Assembly: GCA_032718475.1 (NCBI GenBank)
Contig: JAUCBJ010008725.1
Coordinates: forward strand, 1-64,000
Direction of reading: 5' to 3'
DNA length: 64,000 nt
DNA from: Nemertoderma westbladi
Taxonomy: Eukaryota > Animalia > Xenacoelomorpha
Shown: positions 25,414 to 34,765 of the stretch, piece by piece
Layout: every line of letters begins with the position of its first letter
Numbering within the stretch: position 1 is the first letter of the stretch
Translations under genes and position numbers: made by a program
The notes under the pieces: model-generated
The model's database searches: none
The model's input: the letters and a program-made list of their open reading frames with translations, nothing else
Told to the model about the DNA's origin: nothing

Positions 25414-26577
25414 GGGTGTAAACGTTAAGCAGACACTGGTGCAGAGCTGACAGTGGTGCAGGCAGTGGTGCAGACAGTGATGCAGGCAGTGGTGCAGACA
25501 CCTGGTGCAGACAGTGGTGCAGTCGTGTAGACACTGGTGCAGACAGTGGTGCAGTCAGTGGTGCAGACAGTTGTGCAGACATTGGTGCAGACAGTGGTGC
25601 AGACACTGGTGCAGACAGTGGTGCAGACACTGGTGCAGACACCTGGTGCAGACAGTGGTGCAGACAGTGGTGCAGACAGTCTGACAGTGGGGCAGACACT
25701 GGTGCAGGCAGTGGTGCAAACAGTGGTGCAGGCAGTGGTGCAGACACTGGTGCAGACAGTGGTGCAGACACTGGTGCAGACAGTGGTGCAGACTGTGGTG
25801 CAGACAGTGGTGCAGACACTGGTACAGACAGTGGTGCAGTGGTGCAGACACCTGGTACAGACAGTGGTGCAGACACCTGGTACAGACAGTAGTGCAGACA
25901 CTGGTGCAGGCAGTGGTGTATACAGTGGTGCAGATACTGGTGCAGACAGTGGTGCAGACACTGGTGCAGACACTGGTGCAGACAGTGGTGCAGGCAGTGG
26001 TGCAGACACTGGTGCAGACAGAAAAGGGTCGAGCAGGTTAGTAAAGGAGCAGTTTAGTAATGGAGCAGGTTTCAGGGGAGTATTGGGGGTACCAAAACAA
26101 TAAACGTTATTGTTTTGCGGGCTAAGAATACCCAAGGGCCAAGAATACCCAAGGGGTGAAATGTTTTCTGGTTTTTTGCTTTATGTTCAAGAAAGACCCA
26201 ACTTTTACATTGTGAAATAAAATTATGCGGTATTTTTTTCCTGAAACAAGTTATTGCATATTATATCGAAAAAATATCCAAAAAAGGCCCAAAAACCCCT
26301 AAATAAGAGCCATTTCCTTAAATAAGAACCCACTTTTGGAGCTTATTTAAGGGTATGTTCCCTACTGTATAGTGCCTGGTGGTATTGTGTTTTGTGGTAC
26401 TCTGGTATTTCAGTATTTTCACCAGGGTTTGCACCACTTTCTACACCACTATCTGCACCAGTCTGCCAGTGTCTGCACCAGTGTCTGCACCACTGTCTGC
26501 ACACTGCACCACTGTCTGCACCACTGTCTGCACGCCGCACCACTGTCTGCACCACTGTCTGCTTAACGTTTACACCC
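25414..26577. mobile_element. Mutator/Foldback-like non-autonomous element with 12-bp repeat arms
   Basis: TIR GGGTGTAAACGTTAAGCAGACA; 9-bp TSD TTAATTTTG at 25405-25413 and 26578-26586. (GGTGCAGACAGT)n on the left, inverted on the right. Confidence 0.9.
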
Positions 26578-27357
26578 TTAATTTTGGACTGAACTTCCAT
26601 TTAAATGGCATTATTTTTTTAATTGTTTCCAGTTTACTTGGGTAGTTTCAAAATTAGCTTAATTATACAGTAGTTTAGGTTAGGCTAAATATTGCTAAAT
26701 ATTATTTACTTTGTAGTACCTACTGTATTTTTTAATTAATCATAACTTTGATACATAATACCAAATATACCTACTGCTACTACCTCATATAAATAGTGTT
26801 ACAAAGACTACCGGTACGGCGGTACCTGTACTTTTAGTGAGGTTTTCTAAATTTGATGTCACTACTGTACGGCTTACTACGGGTGAAAATGTGGTGCATA
26901 CAGTAAGTATACAGTAGTTTAGGTTAGTAATGTACAGTAATGTAAATATTGCCATTTTATTTTGTAGTACTTATTTTTTTAATTAATCATAGCTTTCTTG
27001 CTAAGTCCGCAGACCAAATAGGTCCCAGTCTGCCTCTGCCACTGCCAGTCAGCCAGTATAGTCTGATAGTGACGTAAATACGAATTTATGACCATAACTT
27101 GCTAACTTTTTGAACTTCGGTTCGGATTCGGTTCGGTTCGGCCCGAAGTTGGCCCTGCTTCGGTTCGGTTCGGTTCGGCCCCATAAAGTGCCTTCTGTTG
27201 AACCCTAGCTGCGAGTCGTCTACGTAATCAAGTCGATGCACTCCAACGCAAGTGCATCAGGTTCTGCCTGGGACTTGACTCTCGAGCGCATATTGGTGCT
27301 GCCCATTTTGTAGATATAAACTGGCTTCCAATTACCGAACGTACCCACCAGATAATA

Positions 27358-27658
27358 TATTGGGATCGGAAATAAATGAATACCAGCTGCATCAGTTTAT
27401 TAATGGTCGACATACAGAACAGCATATCAAACAATAATAAGAACCAACAGACCAACGAACACACCCACCACCTTACAGCACATCAGTACAGCAGTACAGT
27501 AGGTACGGGTAACGGTTACTGTACCTACAGACCTAGAAGATAGGAAAGACTGAATACCGGAATACCAGAAGAGGACCGGTAGGTAAAAGACCAGTAGGTT
27601 GGATCTAACCACCACCAAGCCAGGGTCTACTAGAACCCTAACAATACATAATCTAACA
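27358..27658 (-). repeat. 3' LTR
   Basis: Direct repeat of 31903-32203 with one substitution seen by eye (GTACGGGTA vs GTACCGGTA). Reads TGTTAG...CCAATA on the minus strand. Confidence 0.95.
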
Positions 27659-27667
27659 TCTCCCCCA
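27659..27667 (-). other. Polypurine tract
   Basis: Minus-strand GGGGGAGA immediately before the TGT start of the 3' LTR. Confidence 0.75.
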
Positions 27668-27727
27668 AGAACAATGTAGGATACATTTGTACTGAAAACA
27701 AAATCCAACCACCACCAATAGGTCAGT

Positions 27728-30700
27728 TCATTGAACTCCGAATCTTGCTGGTTGCTTGTGAGTTCTCGAACTGCGCCTGGGAAGATCATCAGCGAACTGT
27801 ACATGTTTTTGAGGCGTTATATCACGAAGAGAAGAGTCATCTGGGATGGAACGTAGATAACGACGATTTCTCCAATACACCCGACCATTGTCTAGTTCTA
27901 TCCGGTAATCTCGCCTAGTACCACGGGAAAGGACGATACCAGATTTGTTCCATAGTTTGGAATGTGCACTCTGGATGCAAACTCGGGATCCAATAGGAAT
28001 CGGGGTTAAGTCGTGAGCATGATCATTATAATATGATTCAGTTGCTGAAGACGTTGAAGGACCAGGGATAGGGAATGAATCACCTGCCAGTGTGGATGAA
28101 TGAGCTGGTATAGTAGAACGGAGGGATCTACCGAACAACAGTTGAGCTGGAGACATACCATGTTCTTTAGGAGTATTTCTCCATTCCAGCAAACCACGAA
28201 CAAAGCAAGTAGAGTTTAGATCTCCTTTGACATCTAACTTTTTTATCAATGATTTCATGGCCTTTACAGCCCCCTCTGCATGGCCATTAGACTGAGGATA
28301 CTCAGGAGTAGAATACTCAGGGATGATATTCCATTCGGATAAGAAATCATGATAACGTGCTGAATTAAATTGTGTACCACCATCAGAACGAAGGCGTTTT
28401 GGAATACCGAAATCTTTGAACCATCCTCGAAGAGCTGAAATAACTTGAGAGCTGGAAGGATCGGCACGCCAAGAATGAACGCATGGCCACCCAGAATATC
28501 TATCGACATAAACCAGGTATGACCAGGTGCTGAAGTAGAAAAGATCAGCAGAGCAATCCTCCATTGGAAGACATGGATGAGGGTCGCTTTGGAGAGACTC
28601 TTTAGGTAAACTTGGTTGATAAAGTTGACACTGGGGACAAGAATTGACCATGTTTGTAATATCGCTATTGATACCAGGCCAGAATACAGTTTGCCTAGCT
28701 CTCCTCTTAGAACGTTCAATGCCCTGATGAGCATCATGAAGGTGCTTCAGGACATTCTTGCGGAGGGAAGATGGAATTACAATCCGGGAACCTAATAAAA
28801 GAAGATTATCTTCACAAGATAACTGATGTCGCACATTCCAGAATGGGCGTATGTGCACAGAACATTGTGTGGATGTTGAGGGAAATCCAGAAATAACAGC
28901 ATCCACCAAAGCCATGTAAGAAATATCATCCTTTGCAGATGATCGGATAGACTCAATATATGAATCCTTGAGATGACTTGGAGCATCAGAGACAACAATT
29001 GAGGTAGACACGTGACGAATGACTGCAGAAACATGGTCATTGACATCTGTATCACAAAGAATATCCTCTGGAGTAGTATCCGAAACAGGGGCACGGGAAA
29101 GTGTGTCTGGAATCGAATCGATATCGGAAGTGATATCGGAAGTGATATCGGAAGTGATATCGGAAGTGATATCGGAAGTGATATCAGAAGTGATATTGGA
29201 AGTGATATCGGAAGTGATATTGGAAGTGATATCGGAAGTGATATCGGAAGTGATATCGGAAATGATATCAGAAGTGATATCAGAAGTGATATCGGAAGTG
29301 ATATCGGAAATGATATCGGAAGTGATATCAGAAGTGATATCGGAAGTGATATCGGAAATGATATCGGAAGTGATATCAGAAGTGATATCGGAAGTGATAT
29401 CGGAAGTGATATCGGAAATGATATCGGAAGTGATATCAGAAGTGATATCGGAAGTGATATCAGAAGTGATATTGGAAGTGATATCGGAAGTGATATCGGA
29501 AATGATATCAGAAGTGATATCAGAAGTGATATCGGAAGTGATATCGGAAGGATGGACCCAATCAGTTGGTTCGTTATCCAGAACTGGACAAATAATACCT
29601 TGTTCAACCATTTTCTCTAAGCGAGCTTTAGCCCAGTCTCTAATGGCTAAAGGAAGTTGCCTGGCTGTATGAATAGCATATGGTTGGGCATCATCTTTTA
29701 ATGAAATGGTCATGGGTGGGCCATTCATTGGACGAAGTTTGTCATCTTGGTCAAAAACATCAGAATAAGCCTTTATGAGTTTCTGCTTAACAATATCCCA
29801 TTCTGAAGGCGAAGGTTCATCAGAAAGATGGAAGTCAACCTTGAATGATGTTGTTGGAATTGAGTTTTTAATACCAATAGGTGACATATTAGAAGAATTA
29901 GAAGAAGCAACAGACTGAATTTCTGCCACTGGTTCTGGATATGAACTTGAAATAATTCCTAGGTTTTGACAAGTATACCATGCCAAAAGAATTCCATCGA
30001 CTTCTTCACAAATGCAGATAAGCTCATCAGTTGAATATTCGCCATAGGAAATTGAGGTGTGGAGGAGACCAATGCATGAAAGAAGACTACCATTAGCAGC
30101 AGAAAGATCATCATCGTCTGGTGGAAGTAAATTTTCTTTGTCAATAGAAAGGGCCTGAAGAAAATCTAAGCCGGCAACAGTGGCCTCAGCACCAGTATCT
30201 GGAGTTGCTTTGAGAGAACCGAATAAATGTCCTGTTGCGATATGACAGAAGTTCAGAAATACTTTCGGAGCTTGTCGATTATGGCTTCCAACCAAATTGA
30301 GGGTGATGCGGCTAATGGGTTTTGTCTTAGGTTTTGAAGATGAATTCGAATTATTTTGTTTAGACCGACAAACATTGGCAAAGTGGCCTTCCTTGCCACA
30401 ATAAGAACAATCTTTGTTCCTTGCTGGACAGTCAGCGCGTTTATGGTCTGTTTTACCACAACCATAACAAACTATAGGGCCAGTAGTTGAAGAATTGTTT
30501 CTGGAATTTGATTTAGAAGAATTGTTGCGCCTGGAATTATAAGGCTTTTTGTTGTGAAAACGAGATTGTCGAGAAGCTTGGTTGATTGAAGGGTTTTTTA
30601 AATCCTGAACTCCAGCTTGGGCTGATTCCTCAGACCTACAAAGATTTACAGCATCTTCAAGCGAAGGAAATGGAGTCAATGCAAGAAGTTTAGATCTGGT

Positions 30701-31372
30701 GTCCTCGCAAGAAATACCAGACATAATTCGAGTAGTCAACCGCCGATCGAAACAATGACGACATAGATCAGCATCTCGAGCAAGATCTTTAATAGCAACC
30801 AGGTAGCTATCAAAATTTTCACTTTGACGTTGTTTCCTATTATCAAACTGAACACAATCAAGGGCTATATTCCGTTTACCACGAAAATAACTTTGAATAC
30901 AATCTATTAACACCTGAACTGTTAAAGGATTATCATGTGTGTCAGGAGGAATGTCAATAACTTGTTCCAGTGTAGAGCGCATACCTATAGAAAGGTAACT
31001 CCTGAAAATACAGATTTGCCTATCCCTAGCCATTCTATCCATCTGAAATGCAGAATAATAATCTGCCCAAACCGACTTCCAAGTTTCAAATTTTGCTAAA
31101 CTGAAATCCGGTTCTAAAGCAATTGGTGCTTTAATTTGAAGATTACGAGGGGTTGAGTCAGCCTGATGAACTACAGGTTGATGTGGTTGACCAAGTAATT
31201 GTTGAAATTGATGGGCATTTTGGGCTTGGGATTGTGCTAAGGAATCAGCCAAATCGCGTTGTGATTTAACTAAAGCATGTAGAAGAGCTGAGGTGGGATC
31301 AGGATTACCACGACCAGCCAACTGTTCTCTTAAAACCTCCAGTTCGGTTTCGAGTTCAGCTTTAGTAGGCAT
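27728..31372 (-). CDS. Gag-protease-(SDIT)n-integrase polyprotein
   Basis: 1214-aa ORF. Two CCHC knuckles (CYGCGKTDHKRADC, CSYCGKEGHFANVC), protease DTGA, RT start up to DWVHP, about 36 SDIT repeats, RNase H tail IPDTLSR, then integrase HHCC and D(ADLF)-D(SDGG)-E(NGHAEGAVK). Confidence 0.92.
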   Translation of the reverse strand: MPTKAELETELEVLREQLAGRGNPDPTSALLHALVKSQRDLADSLAQSQAQNAHQFQQLLGQPHQPVVHQADSTPRNLQIKAPIALEPDFSLAKFETWKSVWADYYSAFQMDRMARDRQICIFRSYLSIGMRSTLEQVIDIPPDTHDNPLTVQVLIDCIQSYFRGKRNIALDCVQFDNRKQRQSENFDSYLVAIKDLARDADLCRHCFDRRLTTRIMSGISCEDTRSKLLALTPFPSLEDAVNLCRSEESAQAGVQDLKNPSINQASRQSRFHNKKPYNSRRNNSSKSNSRNNSSTTGPIVCYGCGKTDHKRADCPARNKDCSYCGKEGHFANVCRSKQNNSNSSSKPKTKPISRITLNLVGSHNRQAPKVFLNFCHIATGHLFGSLKATPDTGAEATVAGLDFLQALSIDKENLLPPDDDDLSAANGSLLSCIGLLHTSISYGEYSTDELICICEEVDGILLAWYTCQNLGIISSSYPEPVAEIQSVASSNSSNMSPIGIKNSIPTTSFKVDFHLSDEPSPSEWDIVKQKLIKAYSDVFDQDDKLRPMNGPPMTISLKDDAQPYAIHTARQLPLAIRDWAKARLEKMVEQGIICPVLDNEPTDWVHPSDITSDITSDITSDIISDITSDITSNITSDITSDITSDITSDIISDITSDITSDITSDITSDIISDITSDITSDITSDIISDITSDITSDITSDIISDITSDITSDITSNITSDITSNITSDITSDITSDITSDITSDITSDIDSIPDTLSRAPVSDTTPEDILCDTDVNDHVSAVIRHVSTSIVVSDAPSHLKDSYIESIRSSAKDDISYMALVDAVISGFPSTSTQCSVHIRPFWNVRHQLSCEDNLLLLGSRIVIPSSLRKNVLKHLHDAHQGIERSKRRARQTVFWPGINSDITNMVNSCPQCQLYQPSLPKESLQSDPHPCLPMEDCSADLFYFSTWSYLVYVDRYSGWPCVHSWRADPSSSQVISALRGWFKDFGIPKRLRSDGGTQFNSARYHDFLSEWNIIPEYSTPEYPQSNGHAEGAVKAMKSLIKKLDVKGDLNSTCFVRGLLEWRNTPKEHGMSPAQLLFGRSLRSTIPAHSSTLAGDSFPIPGPSTSSATESYYNDHAHDLTPIPIGSRVCIQSAHSKLWNKSGIVLSRGTRRDYRIELDNGRVYWRNRRYLRSIPDDSSLRDITPQKHVQFADDLPRRSSRTHKQPARFGVQ
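29120..29550 (-). repeat. 12-bp tandem repeat replacing RT/RNase H
   Basis: (GATATCGGAAGT)n on the plus strand, about 36 units, in frame with the polyprotein. Confidence 0.97.
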
Positions 31373-31889
31373 ATCTGACTGTTGAATATTAGAGAAATTT
31401 CAGGAAATTAAATATCCGAAAAAATTTGCAAAATCCGAAAAGAAAAAATTTTGCAAAAATGTGCAAAACTTTTGCATGCAAATCAGCCAAAATCTGTAGT
31501 TATCGAATACTGGCAGACTGGAATACCGCCTGACTGCTGAATGTGAATAGGTACCGGTAGTTTCTAATTAGGCTAGCGGGCGTCGCTGCCTACCCCTCAC
31601 GGCCCCCGGACAGTGCAAGGTCCTCAGCGCCGATGTACCGTCGTCGCTGTGTTTTTCGCCAACGATGTAGCTACACAACGACAACGATAACCGCGAGCCA
31701 CTCCACTGTCCGTCCCAAGGGCTTAGTTTAGAAGAGTACTGGAGTAGGTACACCACCGGAAGTATAGGTAGGTAGCTAGGCCTAGATCAGAATCAGTAGA
31801 GGCGACCGGTAGAATAATATTGAATTATCTGACCTGCTGAATGCGCTGGAATGTCCACCATTTGAATAGGGTTGTAGGAACATCAAGTA

Positions 31890-31902
31890 CATCACTGCGC
31901 CA
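31890..31902 (-). other. Primer-binding site
   Basis: Minus-strand TGGCGCAGTGATG directly after the 5' LTR; TGG pairs with tRNA CCA. The primer may be tRNA-Ser, unverified. Confidence 0.75.
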
Positions 31903-32203
31903 TATTGGGATCGGAAATAAATGAATACCAGCTGCATCAGTTTATTAATGGTCGACATACAGAACAGCATATCAAACAATAATAAGAACCAACAGACCAA
32001 CGAACACACCCACCACCTTACAGCACATCAGTACAGCAGTACAGTAGGTACCGGTAACGGTTACTGTACCTACAGACCTAGAAGATAGGAAAGACTGAAT
32101 ACCGGAATACCAGAAGAGGACCGGTAGGTAAAAGACCAGTAGGTTGGATCTAACCACCACCAAGCCAGGGTCTACTAGAACCCTAACAATACATAATCTA
32201 ACA
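31903..32203 (-). repeat. 5' LTR
   Basis: Direct repeat of 27358-27658, followed by the PBS on the minus strand. Confidence 0.95.
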
Positions 32204-33324
32204 TAATATTAACCCACATGTTTAATATCCACGCAAAGACAGCCCCGGCTTATATGCGCGACATGGTTATCTTTACTGAACCTTCTCACCTCCTACGCAA
32301 CGGAGCCACACACGCTTTACTACCCCAGAAACACACGGTAGCAGCCACACAGTCGTTCTCCTACCTTGGCCCATATCTGTGGAATAAACTCCCCAATGCG
32401 ATCAAAGAAATTAGGAGTGTGGAAAGTTTTAAGCATAAGTTAAAGGATCACTTTTTAGAACTTTTATCCACCAATGAATTGTCGTCATATAAGTAACTTA
32501 TAACTTTTTACCATCTATATTTTATATTTTATATCATTTGACTTTCCACATTAACTCAAACAAAAGATTGAAGATCCATTTTTAGAATTTTTATTTAATA
32601 GTAAATGTTTTATATTTTTGATTTATACATTATTTTAGAATTTTTATCCTGCACGAGAGCACGACCTTATACCTTTTATTCTAAACCCCAATCTACAGGA
32701 CCCCTGTGGAAATGAGACTATGTCGGACTTATATGTCGGTATGTCTATACTTTACTTCGTTTGTCAAATAAATAATTCCAATTCCAGCCAGCTGGCCAGT
32801 ACCAGTACTGCAGTACAGTCAGTCAGTCATTGACTTTAAGTAAATACTGCAGTATTATCAGATATTGAAGCTGTACTACAGTACTTATAGTGTTAAATAA
32901 TTGTTCAGATTAGAATATCAGTCGGTGATATAGGCGATTTTGGACTTATTCCAATTTTGGAACTTTGTGCGAGGGTAGATTTCGAAATCGGAATACACTC
33001 CAAAATTGGACTTTTCTAAATTAAAAAAAAATATTTTAAAGTCCTGCAAGTATATTTCCATCATAAATTCTATCATTTTTCAATAAATATATGTTTTTTG
33101 TACCAAATTCATTATTCCTACCATGCTTTTGCAGAAATGTATTCATACATTCCAAAATTGGACTTTGTTTGCAGAGATGCTATGGAGGATGACTGCTGTA
33201 ACACTAACAAGTAACAAGGTACAGGGGTCCGATCATAAGGCTATATGGGCATGACTAGAGCTGTACCCTGTACAGCACAGTTCTACGCTAGAAGCACAGC
33301 TGCAGCTAGACCCTAGACCAAGCT

Positions 33325-33545
33325 GCAGCTTGGTCTATTGGTGACATTCCTGGGCTTCCAATTAGGAAGCCCTGTTTCGATCCCTAGATGGGGCACGCCA
33401 GCCTGGGCACGGTATGGTGCACAGGGGCAGCACTGTTTCAGCACAGCTGCACAGTCTGACAGTGCTTTAAATGCTTCAGCCTAGACCATCCCTAGCTTTC
33501 ATCCTTGTGAGTGGTCGATAAATGGGAACCAAGGTAACTTTGGAA
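33325..33545 (+). mobile_element. tRNA-derived SINE-like segment carried inside the CAGTCGGTG element
   Basis: A-box-like TGGTCTATTGG and B-box-like GTTTCGATCCC, followed by CTTTCATCCTT...GGTCGATAAATG, which resembles central domains of invertebrate SINEs. An inverted copy lies at about 22810-23000. Confidence 0.5.
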
Positions 33546-33709
33546 AAGAAAATGGAAGAGGTTTACTATAGAATATCATCCATGATCAGGCATTCCTTGG
33601 CTTAATTAGCCTAAAAAGATTATCCCATTCAATCAGTCAATATCATGAATTGGGGTGTTAGCGATGATGGAAAATATATAGACCTCTTAATCGTTTCAAT
33701 ATATTGTTT

Positions 33710-34765
33710 TAGTGAAGGCCTTTGAACCGTTTCAACAGATTGTTTCAGTATCTCACATACTGCGCGAACGCGGAGGTATCTTAAACGTTTCAACAGTTTG
33801 TTACACAATGTTGGAGTACGCCACGTGCTGCGCGAAGGTCTCTCAAACGTTTCAACATATTGTTACACAATGTTACAGTAAGCCACGTGCTGCGCGAAGG
33901 TATCTTAAACATTTGAACAGCTTGTTATACAATGTTACAGTGCGCCACGTGCTGCGCGAAGGTATCTTAAACGTTTCAACAGCTTGTTACACAATACAAT
34001 GTTACAGTTCGCCACAAGCTGCGCAAAGGTCTCAAACGTTTCAACAGCTTGTTACACAATGTTACAGTTCGCCACAAGCTGCGCAAAGGTCTCAAACGTT
34101 TCAACAGATTGTTTCAGTACCCCATGTGCTGCACGAAGGTCTATTAAACTGTTAAACGTTTCAACAGCTTGTTATACAATGTTACAGTGCGCCATGTGCG
34201 GCGCGAAGGTCTCTTAAACATTTGAACAGCTTGTTACACAATGTTACAGTGCGCCACGTGCTGCGCGAAGGTCTCTCAAACATTTGAACAGCTTGTTACA
34301 CAATGTTACAGTGCGCCACGTGCTGCGCGAAGGTCTCTCAAACGTTTCAACAGCTTGTTACAATGTTACAGCAAGCCACGTGCTCCGTGAAGGTTCTTTA
34401 AACGTTTCAACAGCTTGTTAAACAATGTTACAGTTCTCCACATGCTGCGCGAAGGTCTCAAAAGTTTTAACAGATTGTTTCAGTATTTCACATACTGCGC
34501 GAAGGTCTCTCAAACGTTTCATAAGATTGTTACACAATGTTACAGTATCGCATGTGCTGCACGAAGGTCTCTTAAACGTTTCAACAGATTGTTTCAGTAT
34601 CCAACGTGCTGCACGAAGGTCTCTTAAACGTTTCAATAGATTGTTACAGTGCCCCACATGCTGCACGGCGGTCTCTTAAACGTTTCAATGGATTTGTTTC
34701 AGTATCTCACATACTGTGTGAAGGACATGGAAGGTATCTTAATCATTTCAACAGATTGTTACAGT
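33710..34765 (+). repeat. About 60-bp tandem repeat inside copy A
   Basis: Repeated AAACGTTTCAACAGCTTGTTACACAATGTTACAGTGCGCCACGTGCTGCGCGAAGGTCTCT. Confidence 0.9.

Larger units (their letters stand above)
23655..27207. mobile_element. hAT-like non-autonomous element (inner)
   Basis: TIR TAGGGCTCAACAGAAG...CTTCTGTTGAACCCTA; 8-bp TSD GCTGCGAG at 23647-23654 and 27208-27215; subterminal TTCGG repeats. Confidence 0.9.
27358..32203 (-). mobile_element. Ty3/Gypsy LTR retrotransposon lacking RT and RNase H
   Basis: 301-bp LTRs at 27358-27658 and 31903-32203; 5-bp TSD TAATA at 27353-27357 and 32204-32208; PBS and PPT present; gag-PR-IN order. Confidence 0.95.
27216..32782 (+). mobile_element. 3' fragment of a CR1/L2-type LINE, split by the Gypsy insertion
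   Basis: 27228-27357 reads QVDALQRKCIRFCLGL...INWLPITERTHQII and resumes in frame at 32209 with LTHMFNIHAKTAPAYM...SFSYLGPYLWNKLP...FKHKLK (stop 32496). AT-rich 3' UTR with AATAAA near 32767. Confidence 0.8.

Noticed and set aside
25397-26645. (SAPL)n, (CTTV)n and (VQTV)n ORFs
   Set aside because: Translations of the 12-bp subterminal repeats of a foldback element.
28792-29672. Alternative-frame and antisense ORFs (ISLP)n, (ISEV)n and (SDIG)n over the Gypsy repeat
   Set aside because: The 12-bp unit is stop-free in most frames. Only the SDIT frame is continuous with recognisable domains.
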